A stretch of DNA of 64,000 bases from Okamejei kenojei (Eukaryota). This document shows positions 36,442 to 50,387 of the stretch, piece by piece (positions within the stretch are counted from its first letter, which is position 1; every line of letters starts with the position of its first letter). The DNA is taken from NCBI GenBank assembly GCA_035221665.1, contig JAVHYY010000217.1, positions 124,001 to 188,000 on the forward strand, written 5' to 3'. The translations under genes and the position numbers were made by a program. The notes beneath the pieces are model-generated. The model was not told the origin of the DNA and made no database searches. It saw only the letters and a list, made by a program, of their open reading frames with translations.

Positions 36442-39400
36442 CTACAGCATGGAGAGGAGAGCAGCCATGCCCATTGCCAGTGCGGTGCCCGCCTGTCCTG
36501 GACTGCTGCCCGAGTTCAGTCGCACAAAGTATGTTGCCACTCGCTCCTCCAGCCCATCCTCTGTGGCGAAGCAGGTGAAGAACCCATCGCTCACGGGCAT
36601 GTGCCCATCAAACATCAGCGGGCACGAGCCGTCCTTGACGGTGCAGGCTATCCCATCCCTCTCCTCATGCTTCCAGCTGTAGGCAGCGTGGTAGGACGTG
36701 ACCGGGCAGGGCAGGTACAGGTAGGCCCCGGCACTCACCATCAGCTCCGTCACCTCCTCACTACTCAGCACGTCATCTGTAGAGCAAGGACAGACAGACG
36801 ATGGGATCTCCCCAACCCACAACTGCAACTCACAACCCAACACTGTTTACATTCAATTGTCCAATCCTAAGTAATACCTCCCCACCCACCTCACTTTCTT
36901 CTTCCCCCACCCACCTCTCTTTCACTTGTCCATAACTCAATAATCAATAATCTATAGATCTCTGCCTCATCCTAAGTATATTGGGGGTGGCGAAGAATAA
37001 TTAATGTTCATAAATTATAGGAGCAGAAATATTTCAGAAATAGGACATTTTGCCCACCAAATCTACTCTGCCATTCAATCATGGCTGATATATCTGGCCC
37101 TCTCAACCCTATTCTCCTCTTTTCTCCCCAGAACCGTTGATGCCTTTACTAATCAAGAACCAATCAATCTCTGCTTTAAAAATACCCAATGATTTGGTCT
37201 CCACCGCCAACAGTGGCAATGAATTCCACAGATTCACCACCCTCAAGCTAAAGAAATTCCTCCTCATCTCCATTCTAAAGGGACGTTATTTTATTCTGAG
37301 GTTGTGCCCTCTAGTCTTGGACTCTCCCACCACTGGAAACACCCTCTCCACATCTAAATGACTGAATGTCGTGCCCACAATACGAAGCAAGCACTCTCTG
37401 GACACGGACACCGGGGGTCAGGGACAGAACAGCTCGACCCCACTAGCCATTGGCTGACACGTTAGCAAGTCTTGGTGGATAGGAGAGGTTTAGAAGGATG
37501 TGGGCCAAACACAGGCGGTGTAGATGGGACATGGTGATCAGCATAGGTGGGTTGGGCTGTGTGACTGTGACTCTCAGAGCTGCCTGGTGCGGGTGATCCA
37601 CCCAGAGGGTGTGGGAGGCTGGTGTGGCTGACAGACAGAGGACCGTTACCTGAGTTACAAATGGAGACATTGAGCTGCTCAACATTCTGCAGGATGTCAC
37701 TGTGGGGAAAGCACAACACAGAGATGAAACAACTTCAACAATCACCTCCCTCTTCACATTTCACTAAGGCAGCTTACAACTCAGCCGAATCAATATTATT
37801 GTCCCTCTGTACATTACCTCTCCCCATCCCTCCCCCATCCTAGTTGTCCTGTACATATCCCTTCTTTATCACCTCTTCCACAGCCAACAATGGACCATTG
37901 TGTGCTCCACATTTCCTTGGTCATTGGTGCCAGCTCTGATTTATTGTGTATCTTTTAATACCCCTGGTTTCCCTCCCCCCGACTCTCAGTCTGAAGAAGG
38001 GTCTCGACCCGAAACGTCACCCATTCCTTCTCTCCAGAGATGCTGCCTGACCCGCTGAGTTACTCCAGCCTTTTGTGTTCCATATATCTATGGAGTGTTA
38101 GTGGTTACAGCCCCTTTTCGACTACCTGAAGGGACTGTTCCTCAAGTTTAGGATGCACTTTAGCCCCACGCTCTTGATCTTTGGTCACCCGGTACAGAGG
38201 GGGGAGGGGGGGATCTCCCTGTCGACTGCTCCTGGGCCTGGCCAAGATGGCCATTAGTGGGTCCAGGCAGCAGGCAGTCGATGGTCACATCAGAGTCGGC
38301 TGCCTGCCCCTATTCCGGGCCTATGTCCGTGCCTACGTGTCCCTGGAGAGGGAACACGAGGTGTCCATGGGGACTTGAGGCTTTCCGTGAACACTGGTCG
38401 CTGCGGGGGTCAAGTGTATTGTTGACAAAGTTGGCGATATTTTAGTTTGATAACTGTTTTGTTTGTAATCTGCCAATATAGGCAATCTTTAATCTTGTTA
38501 CTGTATTTTTGTTTGTTTTGAATAAAAACATTTGTATTGTAAAATAAAAGGCTGAGACACAGAGTGAAGCTCCCTCCACACTGTCCCATCACACACTCCC
38601 AGTGCACGGACCACCATCATACTTGAGTCTAATTACTTGGACCTTTCTCAGCCTCTATAAAGGGTTGTACAAGCCCTTCGGCCCATCACTCCATGCTGAC
38701 CCAAAACTGATGTTTGTGCTCTTGTGCATTGGGCCAATCGCTCAGCCTAACATTGAGTCATGTTGCTTCATGTGCCCAGGGTCGATCCGCCACGTGAGGG
38801 AAGAGCATGGTGGACGGACACACTCGCTGAAGTGACGTCGCAGGAGCAGCGGGAAATGAGGCACCTGGGCAGACAGAAGAGCAGGTGAGAGAAGGGAGGC
38901 CAGGTGATGGGGGGGAGAGGGTAGACAGGTGAGGGGCGGGGAGAGGATAGACCAGGTGAGGGGGAGGGGAGAGGGTGATGAGTGGAGAGGGTAAACTAGC
39001 GGAGGGGAGAGGGCAGGTGAGGGGGGAGAGGGTACTCGAGGGAGGGGAGAGGGTAGACGAGAGGGTAGGCAGGTGATGAGGAGAGAGGGGTGGAGGGAGA
39101 GAGGATAAACCGGGTGAGGGGGGCGGGGAGGGGAGAAGGTAGACCAGGTGAGGGGGGAGGGGGGAGGAGTACGTAGACCAGGTGAGGGGGGAGAGAGTAG
39201 ACCAGGTGTGTAGGTGGATGTCCGGACTTACCTGTCGGTAGTGTTGAGGGTCTGGGGGAGGGCCACACACTTGTGTGTAGCTCTGTCCCACCCACAGTAG
39301 GGGTCTCGAGCAGCCACACACCGTGGGCAGGTGTGGCCGTACTCAGCACAGCCGGCCAGTGATAGCCGGGCGGCCTCCATTGGCGTTGCCACAAACAGGT

Positions 39401-42400
39401 GGCCCTGCAAGGAAGCAGAGGGTCACCGTTAGCACTCCGTGAACTCCACACGCATGTCTTTGTGTGTCGGGGGCGTTAGTGGGAGTTCTGAAAGGTAGTC
39501 CAAGGGTCTCCAATGAGGTTGATGGGAGGTCAAGACCACTCTCTAGTTGGTGATGGTTCAGTTGCCTGATAACAGTTGGGAAGAAACTGTCCCTGAATCT
39601 GGAGGTGTGTGTTTTAACGCAGAGCCTGTCTAACATACCTCAAAGTGCTGTAACAACTCCGGGTCAGGCAGCAAGCAATAGGCAGGTGACGTTTAGATGT
39701 GAGAGTCTATGACCAGAGGGCACAGGCTCAAAACAAAAGGACGTCCGTTTAGAAAAGAGATGAGGAGAAATGTCTCTGGTCAGAGGGTGGCGAATCTGGA
39801 ATTAATTGCAGATAACAGAGATCTGCAGCAAGTGATGCACAGGTGATGTGCACGACTGCAAGCAAACAGGGGCTGGAGGGGGGAGGCAGGCTGTACGTAC
39901 CCCCATACCTCTCGCAGCTAATCACTTACCTCATCAATGGCTTGACACCCCCCCCTCCACTCAGATTCCCCCCTCCTCAATTCCATCTCCCACTAACCTC
40001 AGCCCTCCCTCCTCCCATCCCCAACTCCCCTCCACTGCACCCCCTCAGCATCTCTGCCCCAGATCCCCACCACTCCGTTTTGCCCCCCTTCGGCGCCCCC
40101 TACCATGCTCAGCTCCTCTCCCTGCCCCCCTCCCTCTGTCCCCTCCCCCACCTTCAGCCCCCTCCCCTCTAATCCCACGTTACCGTGCTGGAATCCAGCA
40201 TGATGGTGGAAACGGGAGCTTGGGATTTAAAGGGGCTGAGCTCGGAAATGATGAAGGACTTCCCGTTGTAGTGAAGAACCTTGTGGATCTTCCCGTTTCC
40301 TGCAAGAGAGAATGCGTAATCAGGAGCCGACACTTGCCCCAGCCACTCACTGTGCACACTTGCCCCAGCCACATAACACCTCTCTGGTCTCTCACCTCGC
40401 CCTGTCCCCACGTTCCTTCCTTCCTCCAATATTCATGAGCTGTTGATGCAAAGATACAGCATGGAAACAGACCCATCGGCCCACCGAGTCTGTGCCAACC
40501 ATCGATCTCCTGTTCACACTAGTTCTGTGTTATCCCATTTTCTCATCCACTCCTTACACACTAGGGGAAAATTTATAGAGGGCCAATCAACCTACAAACC
40601 TGCATGTCTGTGATGTGGGAGGAAACCAGAGTAGCCGGAGGATACCGACGCAGTCATGGGGAGAACATGCAAACGCCACACGCAGACAGCAGCCGAGGTC
40701 AGGATTGAACCTGTGACTATGGTCCTATGAGGCAGTGGTTCTACCTGCTGCCCCACTGTGCCACCCCTACATCATTTCTATGGTAGGGAGATCAGACCTG
40801 TACACAGTACTCCAGCTGTGCTCCCACTGAAGCCCTGTGTAACTGTAGTGAAATGTTCCTACTCTTGTATGGTTCTTGCAGGGAATTCCTGCGGTCTGCT
40901 GCCCCTACCTACATGCTGGCTTCCTGAAACCCAAGTAGATGTGGAAGTGGGCCAACATAGAACTAGTGTGAATGGGTGATCAATGGTTGGCATGGACAGT
41001 GGGCTGAAGGGCCCACTTCCATACAAAATTAAGTCTCCTCTCAACCTCTGACGTTCCAGGGAAAACAATGCAAGTCTGTCTATCCTCTCCCTGTAGATGG
41101 AGCCCTGTAATCCAGGCAGCATTGTGGTAAACCCCCTCTCCATCCTCTCCCTGTAGCCCAGGCAGCATTGGGGTAAACCCCCTCTCCACCCTGTAACTAG
41201 AACCCTGTAACCCAGGCAGCATTGGGGTAAACCCCCTCTCCACCCTGTAACTAGAACCCTGTAACCCAGGCAGCATTGGGGTAAACCCCCTCTCCACCCT
41301 GTAACTAGAACCCTGTAATCCAGGCAGCATTGGGGTAAACCCCCTCTCCAACCTCTCCACCCTGTAACTGGAACCCTGTAATCCGGGCAGCATTATGGTA
41401 AACCCTCTCCAAAGTCTCCACATCTTTCCTGTGATGGGGTGACCAGAAGTGCCTGCAATACTGCCGCCTGCCCAGAACCCTTTAGACAGGCGTTGCATCT
41501 TTGACCGTATTGTACCTGTGCCAAGGAACAGGACGTGGTAGAGTTGTTGGTTGGCCCCCCTCACTCTGTCAGCCGTTACCCTGGTGTAGTTGTTGTGCTT
41601 CATCACGTAGAGGGGGTGCCTTTTGATCGGGTAGATCGGGTCCTCGATCTCTGGGAAGTTCCTGATATTTGTCAGAACATTTCTGGGCACGTTTCCTTTG
41701 ACACACTGTGAAAGAGAAATAATTTAGCCATCGCAGTACATGTGCGTGCAAACGTGTGTATTGGTGTGCATGTGTGTACATATGTGCTTGTGTGTCTGTG
41801 TACACGTGAGCGGTAGAGAGAAGGGGAGAGGGAGACAGATTGATGCTTCCCCCGGCCACCACTTTTGGCATCCTGGTGAAACCTCTCCCTATGCCTGCCC
41901 AGGTCAATGGCCAAGAAAGTACTACCAACTTTAAAAGGCTTAGGAAGTTCGGTATGTCCTCAACAACTTTCACCAACCTCAACAGATGCTTTCACAGAAA
42001 GCATTTTATCAGGATGCCTCGCAGCATGGTTTGGGACAGCTCCATCCAAGACCACAAGAAATTGCAGAGGATTGTGAACGCAGCCCAGATCATCACGCAG
42101 ACGAACCTCCCTTCCATCGACTCCATCTCCATCCAGAGAATTGTGGACGCAGCCCTGACCATCACACAGACTAACCTCCCTTCCATTGACGCCATCTACA
42201 CTTCACGCTGCCTCTGCAAGGCCAACCTCATAATCAAGGACCAGTCTCACCCCCCGGCCACTCCCTCTTCTCCCCTCCCTTTAGGCAAGAGGTACAGAAG
42301 TGTGAAAATGCACACCTCCAGATTCAGGAACAGTTTCTTCTCGATTGTTATCAGGCAACTGAACCGTCTTCTCACCAACTAGAGAGTGGTCCTGACCTCC

Positions 42401-45400
42401 CAGCTACCTCTTTAGAGACCTTCGGACTATCTTTAAATGGACTTTACTAGACTTGCACCAAAGGTTATTCCCTTTATCCTGTATCTGTACACTGTGGACG
42501 GCTGAATTACAACCATGTATAGTCTTTCCCAGTACCTTGGTACATGTGACAATAAGACCTGTGCACTCTTGTCCTCCAGCTCCTTGCTGAGCAAGACCGT
42601 GCTGAACTGTTTACAAAACAGGACCGTACCATTCCTGGCCGATGGCTCCCGATCACGTTGGCAGTTAAACCCTTCAGCCTGGAGTTTCGGAACGCCCGCT
42701 CTATGTCGGCTTGGGAATAGGCACAGACAGCGGTGGAATTCCTGCATGGAGGAAGATTACAGAGTCAGTTCCATGACCACATATACTCCAGTGCCAGGTT
42801 TTCTGTTTGTAACGGGAGGCGCATCCTTCCCCTCCCGCTTTGCCAGGGGCTTATGACGGTGTGACCAGGGATGGACATTGAAGGAGACTGCACCTGGAGA
42901 CACCGGGACACACACACATACCGCGCAGCCAGAAAATACAACCAAGCAGACAGTACATTGGCCGGTAAATCACAAAACCTGGACAGGAGTCTACAACATT
43001 CAACTGCCAGCGAGTCAAGAGTGTTTAAACTAAAGACAGAGTGTTGGAGTAACTCAGTGTGTAGGGCAGCATCTGTGGCGAATATGGATAGGTGACGTTT
43101 CACAGAGTGCTGGAGTAACTCAGCGGGTCAGGCAGCATCTGTGGAGAACGTGGATAGGTGACGTTTCGCAGAGTGCTGGAGTAACGATCAATATTACAAT
43201 AATCATCAGTCGTGCTGGGCGAGCAGCCTGTGATGGTGCAGAGATTGCCGTGCAAGTGCACACAGTCCCCTGCAGCTTGCCCCTCTACTCACCACAAGCT
43301 GGAGAAGATTCCATACACCACACTGCTCCTGGGATCATCCTCCACGGAGAGCAGGAATGCATCCTCGATCTTATTGAAGAGCCGCGATTCAGCCGGAAAG
43401 CCACAGATCATTCGTGCCTTCAGGAAGGTTGAGAATGGCTCCTGAGTGGCAGCCTTCAGCACTCCCTCGTCGACCTGTGGAAGCCCAGTGCAGGGTGACT
43501 GGTTATGCTCAGTAACTTGGCAGTGTGGCGACGCAAGACATCTCCTTCCAAAAGTGAAAGAGCCAGCGTGGGAACAGGCCCTTCAGCCCACCGAGTCCAT
43601 GCCGACCATCGATTACCCACACACTAGTTATAGAGTTATACCGCGTGGGAACAGGCCCTTCAGCCCACTGAGTCCACGCCGGCCATTGATCACCCACGCA
43701 CTAGCTATAGAGTCAAACAGCACGGAAACAGGCCCTTCAGCCCACGCCGACCATTGATCACCCACACACGTTAAAGAGTTATACAGCACGGAAACAGGCC
43801 CTTCGGCCCACCGTGTCCACGCTGACCATTGATCACCCACACACTAGTTATAGAGTTATACAGCATGGAACAGGCCCTTCAGTCCACCGATCACCCGTTC
43901 ACACACACGTTCTATGTTATCCCACTTTATCATCTACTTAGATCTATTTAAATCCAGGGTCGATTTACAGAATGCCAATTAACCTACAAACCCACTTCTA
44001 GGAGTGTTGTGTTCACTTTTTGCCAACCTGCTACAGGAACGATGACACCAACAGGGAAGATTTATGACTCGAGGGCCTGTGCTGCAGGGAGTGGATGGCA
44101 GGCTGGGACTTTATTCCATGGGGCACAGCAGGATGAGGGGTTATTTTATAGAGATGTTTAAAGCCATGAGGGGAATAAATGGGGTAATAGATGCACAGTC
44201 TTTTACCCAGAGTAGGGGAATTAAGAACCAGAAGATACAGGTTTGAAGTGAGAGGGAAAAGCTGAACCCAAGGGGCAACTTATTGAACTCAGTGGGTGGT
44301 GGGTAAATGCAACAATCTGCCAGAGGAGGTACTGAGGCAGGTACTATAAACAACATTTAACAGGTACATTATAGGAATGGTTTAGAGGGATGGGAGCCAA
44401 ACACAGGGAAATGGAACTAGTGTAGATGGGGCATCATGAGTGCATAAGGCTGAAGGGCCTGTGCCTGTGCGAGGGACTGGCAGGGGTGCACCTTACCTTG
44501 CACACACGTCCGATGTAGGCCCGATAGGGTTCTCCGTCTAACGCACTGCTCTCGTTGCTCTCCCTGAAGAAGAAGTATACCTCATCTTTGCTGCTGTCCT
44601 TCAACTGCATCCAAGCAGCTCCCACGAAGGTCGGGTCTGAGGTACAGAGATACAGGTAGCAGTCAGGTCTGCCATACACAGGTAGCAGTCAAGCCTGCTG
44701 TACACACATACAGTTAGCAGTCAGGCCAGGCTCTTTACAGCCCAGACTTCTCTAACTTCAGTTAGTCCTGCCATTCCCTCTCCCTCTATCCCTCCCCTGC
44801 CTGTTGCACCAGCTTCTCGTTTTCACCAAACTAACAGCTTACAATGGTCTGTTTCCTTTATCTTCGTTACTTTTTTGCATATCATTCATTCATTGTTCTT
44901 TATCTCTCTACATCTCTCATTGTCTATATCTTTCGTTTCCCATATCCCTAGCCAGTCTGAAGAAGAGTCTTGACTCAAAACATCACCCATTCTTTCTCTG
45001 CAGAGATGCTGCCTGACCCGCTGAGTTACTCCAGCTTTTAGTGTCTATCTGAGGCCAGACTGTGTAATGAGTCTGGCTCATTACACGTCAACATGACTGA
45101 ACATGAAAATACTACAGGTGCTGGCTGACAAAAAGTGCCGGAATAACCCAGTGGATCGGACAGCAACTCTGGAGAAAATGGACACAAAGTGGTGGAGTAA
45201 TTTAGCAGGTCAGGCAGCATCTCTGGGGAACATGGATAGGTGACGTTTCGGGTCAGGACCATTCTTTAGTTTGAAGAAATTGATTGGGTTTCTGTTCAAG
45301 CATGAACATATCTGAAGGGGGGGGTCCCAATACGAAACGTCACCCATCCATGTTCTTCAGAGATGCTGCCTGACCCACTGAGTGACTCCAGCTCCTTGTG

Positions 45401-48400
45401 AAACGTCACCCATCCATGTTCTCCAGCGATACTGCCTGACCCACTGAGTTACTCCAGCTCCTTGTGAAACATCACCCATCCATGTTCTCCAGCGATACTG
45501 TCTGACCCACTGAGTGACTCCAGCACTTTGTCGTGAAAATGCTGATCAGCCATCCTTGCATTGGCGAGAGAGCCAGAGGGTGTGGGTAATCGTGTTGAGC
45601 AGGTGGCGGGGTGTGAGGCGCCTTGTGCGGTGCTCGTCTCTCGAGCTACATCTATAGGGAGCGTGTCTCCACTTGGCCCAGTGTTGGTGCAGCTTGCTGG
45701 CAGTGTAGTGTCTCGCTCTGCCTGGGCGCTCAGGTGCAACTTACTCTGCAACCACCTGTCCCCGGTCTTCATGCGCTTTGGCCTCCCGTAGCTCAGCTCA
45801 ATGGAACCGCTGCTCTGGCTGCTGCTGGGAATGGCAGAGTACACAGCTTCATCTGCAGACAGGACAGGAGAGTTTAGAGATACAGCGTGGAAACAGGCCC
45901 TTCAGCCCGTCGGGTCTGTGCCACCAGCAATATCCTACACACTATGGACAATTTTCAATTTTTACCCAAGCCAAATTAACCTACAAACCTGTACATCTTT
46001 GGAGTGTGGGAGGAAACTAGAGAACTGGGGAAAATGTACAGATTCCATACAGACAGCACCCATAACCAGGATCGAACCTGGGTCTCTGGCGCTGTGAGGC
46101 AGCAACTACCAGTACCGCCCCCGAAAAGATAAAAGTTCATTTTTATAGGAGCTGAATTAGACCATTTGGCCCATCGAGTCTACCCTGTCATTCAATCATG
46201 GCTGATCTATCTTTACCTCTCAACCCCATTCTCCTGCCTTCTCCCCAAATCCCCTGAGTCCCGTCCTTGTCATTGAGGAATGGGATCCCTATGATTAGGG
46301 TTACTGTGTCAGATGCAGTAGATCTTTACTGATGTTCAATCATTTGTGGAAAACAATCTGTTCCCTGGGACTTGGATCATAAGACAAAGGAGCAGAATTA
46401 GGCCATTCAGCCCATCGAGTCTACACCACCATGCAATCATGGCTGATCTATTTTACCCTCTCAACCCCATTCTCCTGCCTTCTTCCTGCAGCCTTTGACC
46501 CCCTTCCTATTCACGAGCTTATCAATCCCCACCTTAAACATGCCAAAATGCTTTGGCCTTCAAAGCCACAGATTCACCACCTTGGAGAGAATGTGTTATT
46601 CTCTAGGTTCACGACGAGAAGTATACATTATGAGGCATGGATGGAATGGAAAAAACAAATACTGGAAAGCATAGCTTTATAGTGAGAGGGAAAATGTTTA
46701 AAGAAGTCCTTCATCAGTCAGGGAATTGAATCAAGGAGTTGGGATGTTATGTTGCAGTTTTACACGGCGTTGGTGAGGCCACATTTGGAGTATTGTGTTC
46801 AGTTTTGCTCTACCTGTTACAGGACAAATGTTGTCAGGGTGGGAAGTGTGCAGGGAAGATGTACAAGGATGTTGCCAGGACTCGAGGGCCTGAGCTACAG
46901 GGAGACTTTGGGCCGTTTATTCCTTGGCATGCAGGAGGATGAGGGGCGATCTTCTGTAGGTGTACATATCATGAGGGGAATAGCTGGGTGGTCTCCCTCC
47001 ACCCCCCCCCCCCCCCCCGTCCCCCAGGTTGTTTCCGCACTTACCGACGGTGATGGTGACTGGCCGTTGGATTGGAGTTGAGGGTGAGATTTCCCTGCCA
47101 TCCCTTACCAGCTCGCGTCCCTCCTGGTCCCGTGCCAGCTGCGTGCCATTGGCAGCCTGTAACGCAGAGGGGGAGAGAGACAGACAGACGGGTACAGGGG
47201 CTGGGGGAGATCCAAGTACTGGTGACTGACGGGCACACTTACCAAAAACCAGCACTTGGGCGACCCAGCATGGGTGCCACACACCATGATGGTGCTCCTG
47301 TTGAATCTCTCAATCACCGTCACTACGTTCCTGCAGTGCTCCTACAGTGAAGCAGAGGGCACGGAATTACCATTGTGGCGGGCAGACTAACCCAGCACAC
47401 TCCTCACCCCCACACCCACCCTCTTCGCCCCCCTCATACCTCCCTTACTCCGCCCCCCACCGTCTCCGCCCCCCTCATACATCCCTCACACCGCCCCCTA
47501 CCATCTCTGTACCCCCCCACCGTCTCCGCACCCACCTCACTCCGCCCCCCTCATAACTCCCTCCCTCTCCCCTCTTCACTCACTCCGCCCCCACCGGTTA
47601 CAACACACCTGCTCCTGTACCCGGCTGTGAGGGTCAGGGCCAAGGCTGCCGTTGAACCAAGTGACATCCCGGGCTACATTGGAAGGCCACGGTGCAACAG
47701 GACTCACTGTTGCCCCACAGTATGGACGGGAGATCGCGTCACTGACGGGCTTTACTGAACCAAATGTCTCTGTTTGTAAACACGTCTTTGCCTTCCCGGC
47801 CACTGTCTGTGTGGCTAGTATCATGTTGCGCTTTTATTGTAGAAACAGGGAACAGCAGGAGCTGCTTTACCAAGGAAAGGCACAGAGTGCTGGAGTAACT
47901 CAGCGGGTCAGGCAGCATCTGTGGAGAACGTGGATAGGTGATGTTTCAGGTCGGACCAGACTGAAGAAGGGACCTGACGTGAAACGTCACCTATCCATGT
48001 TCTCCACAGATGCTGCCTGACCCGCTGAGTTACTAGTTTAGTTTAGAGATACAGCGTGGAAACAAGTCCTTCGGCCCATCGAGTCTGTGCCGATCACAAT
48101 CTTCCACACACTAGATCTATCCCATGCACCAGGGACAATTTACAGTCAGGATTGACTGTGGATCGCTGTTGCTGTAAGGCAGCAACTCTGCCACTGTGCT
48201 GCCCACAATAAATGAGTCGCTGTAGAGAAGGACAGATATCTGGAAGATTTTTTTCACTCAGATGCAAGTCGGTATCTGCAACGAGCTGACAGAGAAAGCT
48301 GTAGGAGTGGATATAATCACGTCTTTAAAGCCGTTTGTATAGATATTAGGATAGAAATGGTTTAGAGGTGTTTGCCAAATGCAGGCAAATGGGACTAGCC

Positions 48401-50387
48401 CAGGGTGCAATGTGGTCAGTATGGACAAGTTGGGCTGAAGGACCCGTTTCCATGCTGTACAGCTTTTGGCCTCTACAATGTCCACAGATGCCGGTAGACG
48501 CGCTGCCCTGACCTTACCTGACTTCCTGGCCCCTCACTCTGGCACCTCTGTCTGACACTCTCCTCCAGGGGCAGTTGGATCTGTGGAGGGAACGGGAAAT
48601 GGATCAGCCCGTCCCTCTCACCTGCCCCCCTCTCTCCTCTCCATCTCCCCCTCCACCTCCTCCCTCCTCCTCTCCCTCTCCACCTCCACCCCCTCCTCCC
48701 GTTCCCCTCCCCCTCCCCCTTTTCCCACCCCGTCCTCCCTCCTCCTCTTCACCTCCACCCCCCCAACCTCCACACATTCTGTCACCACACCCGTCATTCT
48801 TCCCCATTCCTCCTACCCCGCCCATCATCCTCTCATTCCCCCCAATCCCCACCTTTTCCCCTCTCCTCCTTCCCTCTCTGTCCCCCCCCCCCCCCTCTTT
48901 CTCCCCTCTCCCCCGGTACCTGTGTGCGGGACACGTTGCGGCCGCTGAACCGCAGCAGCCACACTCCGCCCGTGGCTCCCACATAGAGCGAGTCTGAGCT
49001 GGGGTCGTGATGCCCGACCCACGCCGCGGCCGGCGCTGTGAACTGTACCCGCGGCTCGTCTGCGGTGCGGAGCGGAGAGATCAGTGTTGGGGGGGGGGGG
49101 GAACAGTAACCCACCCATACACACCCCACCCAGCCCCGACCCACATACACACACACACACACACACAGCCCCGACCACCACACACGCACACCCGCCCCAT
49201 CCGGCCCCCACACACACAGCCCCGACCCACACACACATCGCCGCCCCTCCCAGCCCCGACTCCCCCCCCCCCACACACACACACACCCACGCCCCACACA
49301 CACACCCACGCCCCATCCAGCCCCGATCCCCCACACGCACACACCCGCCCCATCCAGCCCCGACCCCCACACACACATCCCCGCCCCACCCAGCCCCGAC
49401 CCCCCCCACACACACAGCCCCGACCCACACACACACATCCCCGCCCCACCCAGCCCCGACCCCCCCACACACACACACAACCCCGACCCCCACACACACA
49501 TCCCCGCCCCACCCAGCCCCGATCCCCCCCCACACACACAGACCCGACCCACACACACACCCAGCCCGACACCCCTCCCCCACCCACCCCCCCCCCCCCC
49601 CACACACACACCCCTTGCCCCACCCAGCCCCGACTCCCCCCCCCCACACACACACACATCCCCGCCCCACCCAGCCCCGACCCCCCCACAACACACATCC
49701 CCGCCCCACCCAGCCCCGACCCCCCCTCCACACACACACACAGCCCCGACCCCCACACACACATCCCAGCCCCGACCCCCCCCACACACATCCCCGCCCC
49801 ACCCAGCCCCGACCCCCCACCACACACACACACAGCCCCGACCCCCACACACACATCCCAGCCCCGACCCCCCCCACACACATCCCCGCCCCACCCAGCC
49901 CCGACCCCCCCCACACACACACAGCCCCGACCCCCCCCACACACATCCCCGCCCCACCCAGCCCCGACCCCCCCCCCACACACACAGCCCCGACCCCCCC
50001 CCCCCCTGAACACTGATGGAGCGGGGCACGGACCCGCCGCATTGACTGCGAATCTGCTGCATTGCAGCTGGTACAGAGCAAGATCCCAGCGGGAGGTGTC
50101 GGGGCTGGGGTGGCGAGGGGAGAGGGGAGAGGGGGAAGGGGGTAGACGGGGGGCACAGGGGGGAAAAGGAGGAAGGTAGAGAAGGAGAGAGGAGACGGCG
50201 ATGGGGAGGGAGAGGGGCAGAGGGAGACGATGGGGGGTGCGGGGGGAGCAGCCATGAGCCGCGGGTTGCCTGTGAGAATCAGCTTACCTGTCGGGGTGAT
50301 CTTCAGCCGCGGCAGTCTCTCCGCTGTCCCCAACAGCAGCAGCAACAGTAGCTGCTGGACGACAATCAGGAGCCGTGGTTTCAGCAT
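36442..50387 (-). CDS. Semaphorin-7A-like GPI-type semaphorin (Sema, PSI, Ig, hydrophobic C-terminus), 639 aa, 14 exons
   Basis: Exons: 50288-50387 (signal MLKPRLLIVVQQLLLLLLLG..PRL), 48920-49059, 48518-48580, 47243-47341 (CGTHAGSPKC), 47045-47156, 45745-45852, 44497-44636 (DEVYFFFRE..RVCK), 43293-43474 (STFLKARMIC), 42630-42741 (NSTAVCAY..RPG), 41516-41705, 40184-40299, 39232-39404 (PSI: RDPYCGWD), 37650-37699, 36442-36776 (YLPCPVTSYHAAYSWKH..GTALAMGMAALLSML*). All phases consistent; total 1920 nt. No TM-plus-cytoplasmic tail. Confidence 0.92.
37991..38020 (+). ncRNA. Minimal hammerhead-ribozyme-like motif in a Penelope-derived repeat (best copy)
   Basis: CTGAAGA-A-GGGTC-TC-GACCC-GAAA-CG-TC: CUGANGA and GAAA core boxes, 5-bp helix II, palindromic ACGU in place of helix III, GUC cleavage triplet. 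Helix I is only about 2 bp. Confidence 0.55.
38090..38530 (+). mobile_element. Tx1/L1-like LINE 3' fragment
   Basis: LLLGLAKMAI..SRQ C-terminal motif followed by a T-rich UTR and AATAAAAA. Confidence 0.55.
41100..41410. repeat. Tandem amplification (about 57 bp x5) of a CR1 fragment
   Basis: CCCTGTAA(C/T)CCAGGCAGCATTGGGGTAAACCCCCTCTCCA units inside a minus-strand CR1 remnant. Confidence 0.85.
41935..42560 (+). mobile_element. Rex1/Babar-like LINE 3' fragment
   Basis: RLRKFGMS..KKLQRIV..SIDAIYTSRCL.KA..IIKD.SHP..LP.GKRYRS....SRFRNSFF..IRQLN. Shorter copies near 1195-1410, 4660-4835 and 39490-39610. Confidence 0.75.
43565..43900. repeat. Tandem array (about 65-77 bp x5) of the SINE/CR1 tail
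   Basis: GGAAACAGGCCCTTCAGCCCAC..CCATTGATCACCCACACAC..TAGAGTTATA units. Confidence 0.8.
49120..50006. repeat. C-rich minisatellite (CCCAGCCCCGACCCCC-CACACACA-TCCCCGCCCCA)n in intron 1 of the SEMA7-like gene
   Basis: Directly visible. Confidence 0.95.

Noticed and set aside
42757-42945. ORF with SGCAVCVC..RKPGT resembling semaphorin exon 9
   Set aside because: Wrong phase; the true exon (NSTAVCAY..RPGM) is at 42630-42741.
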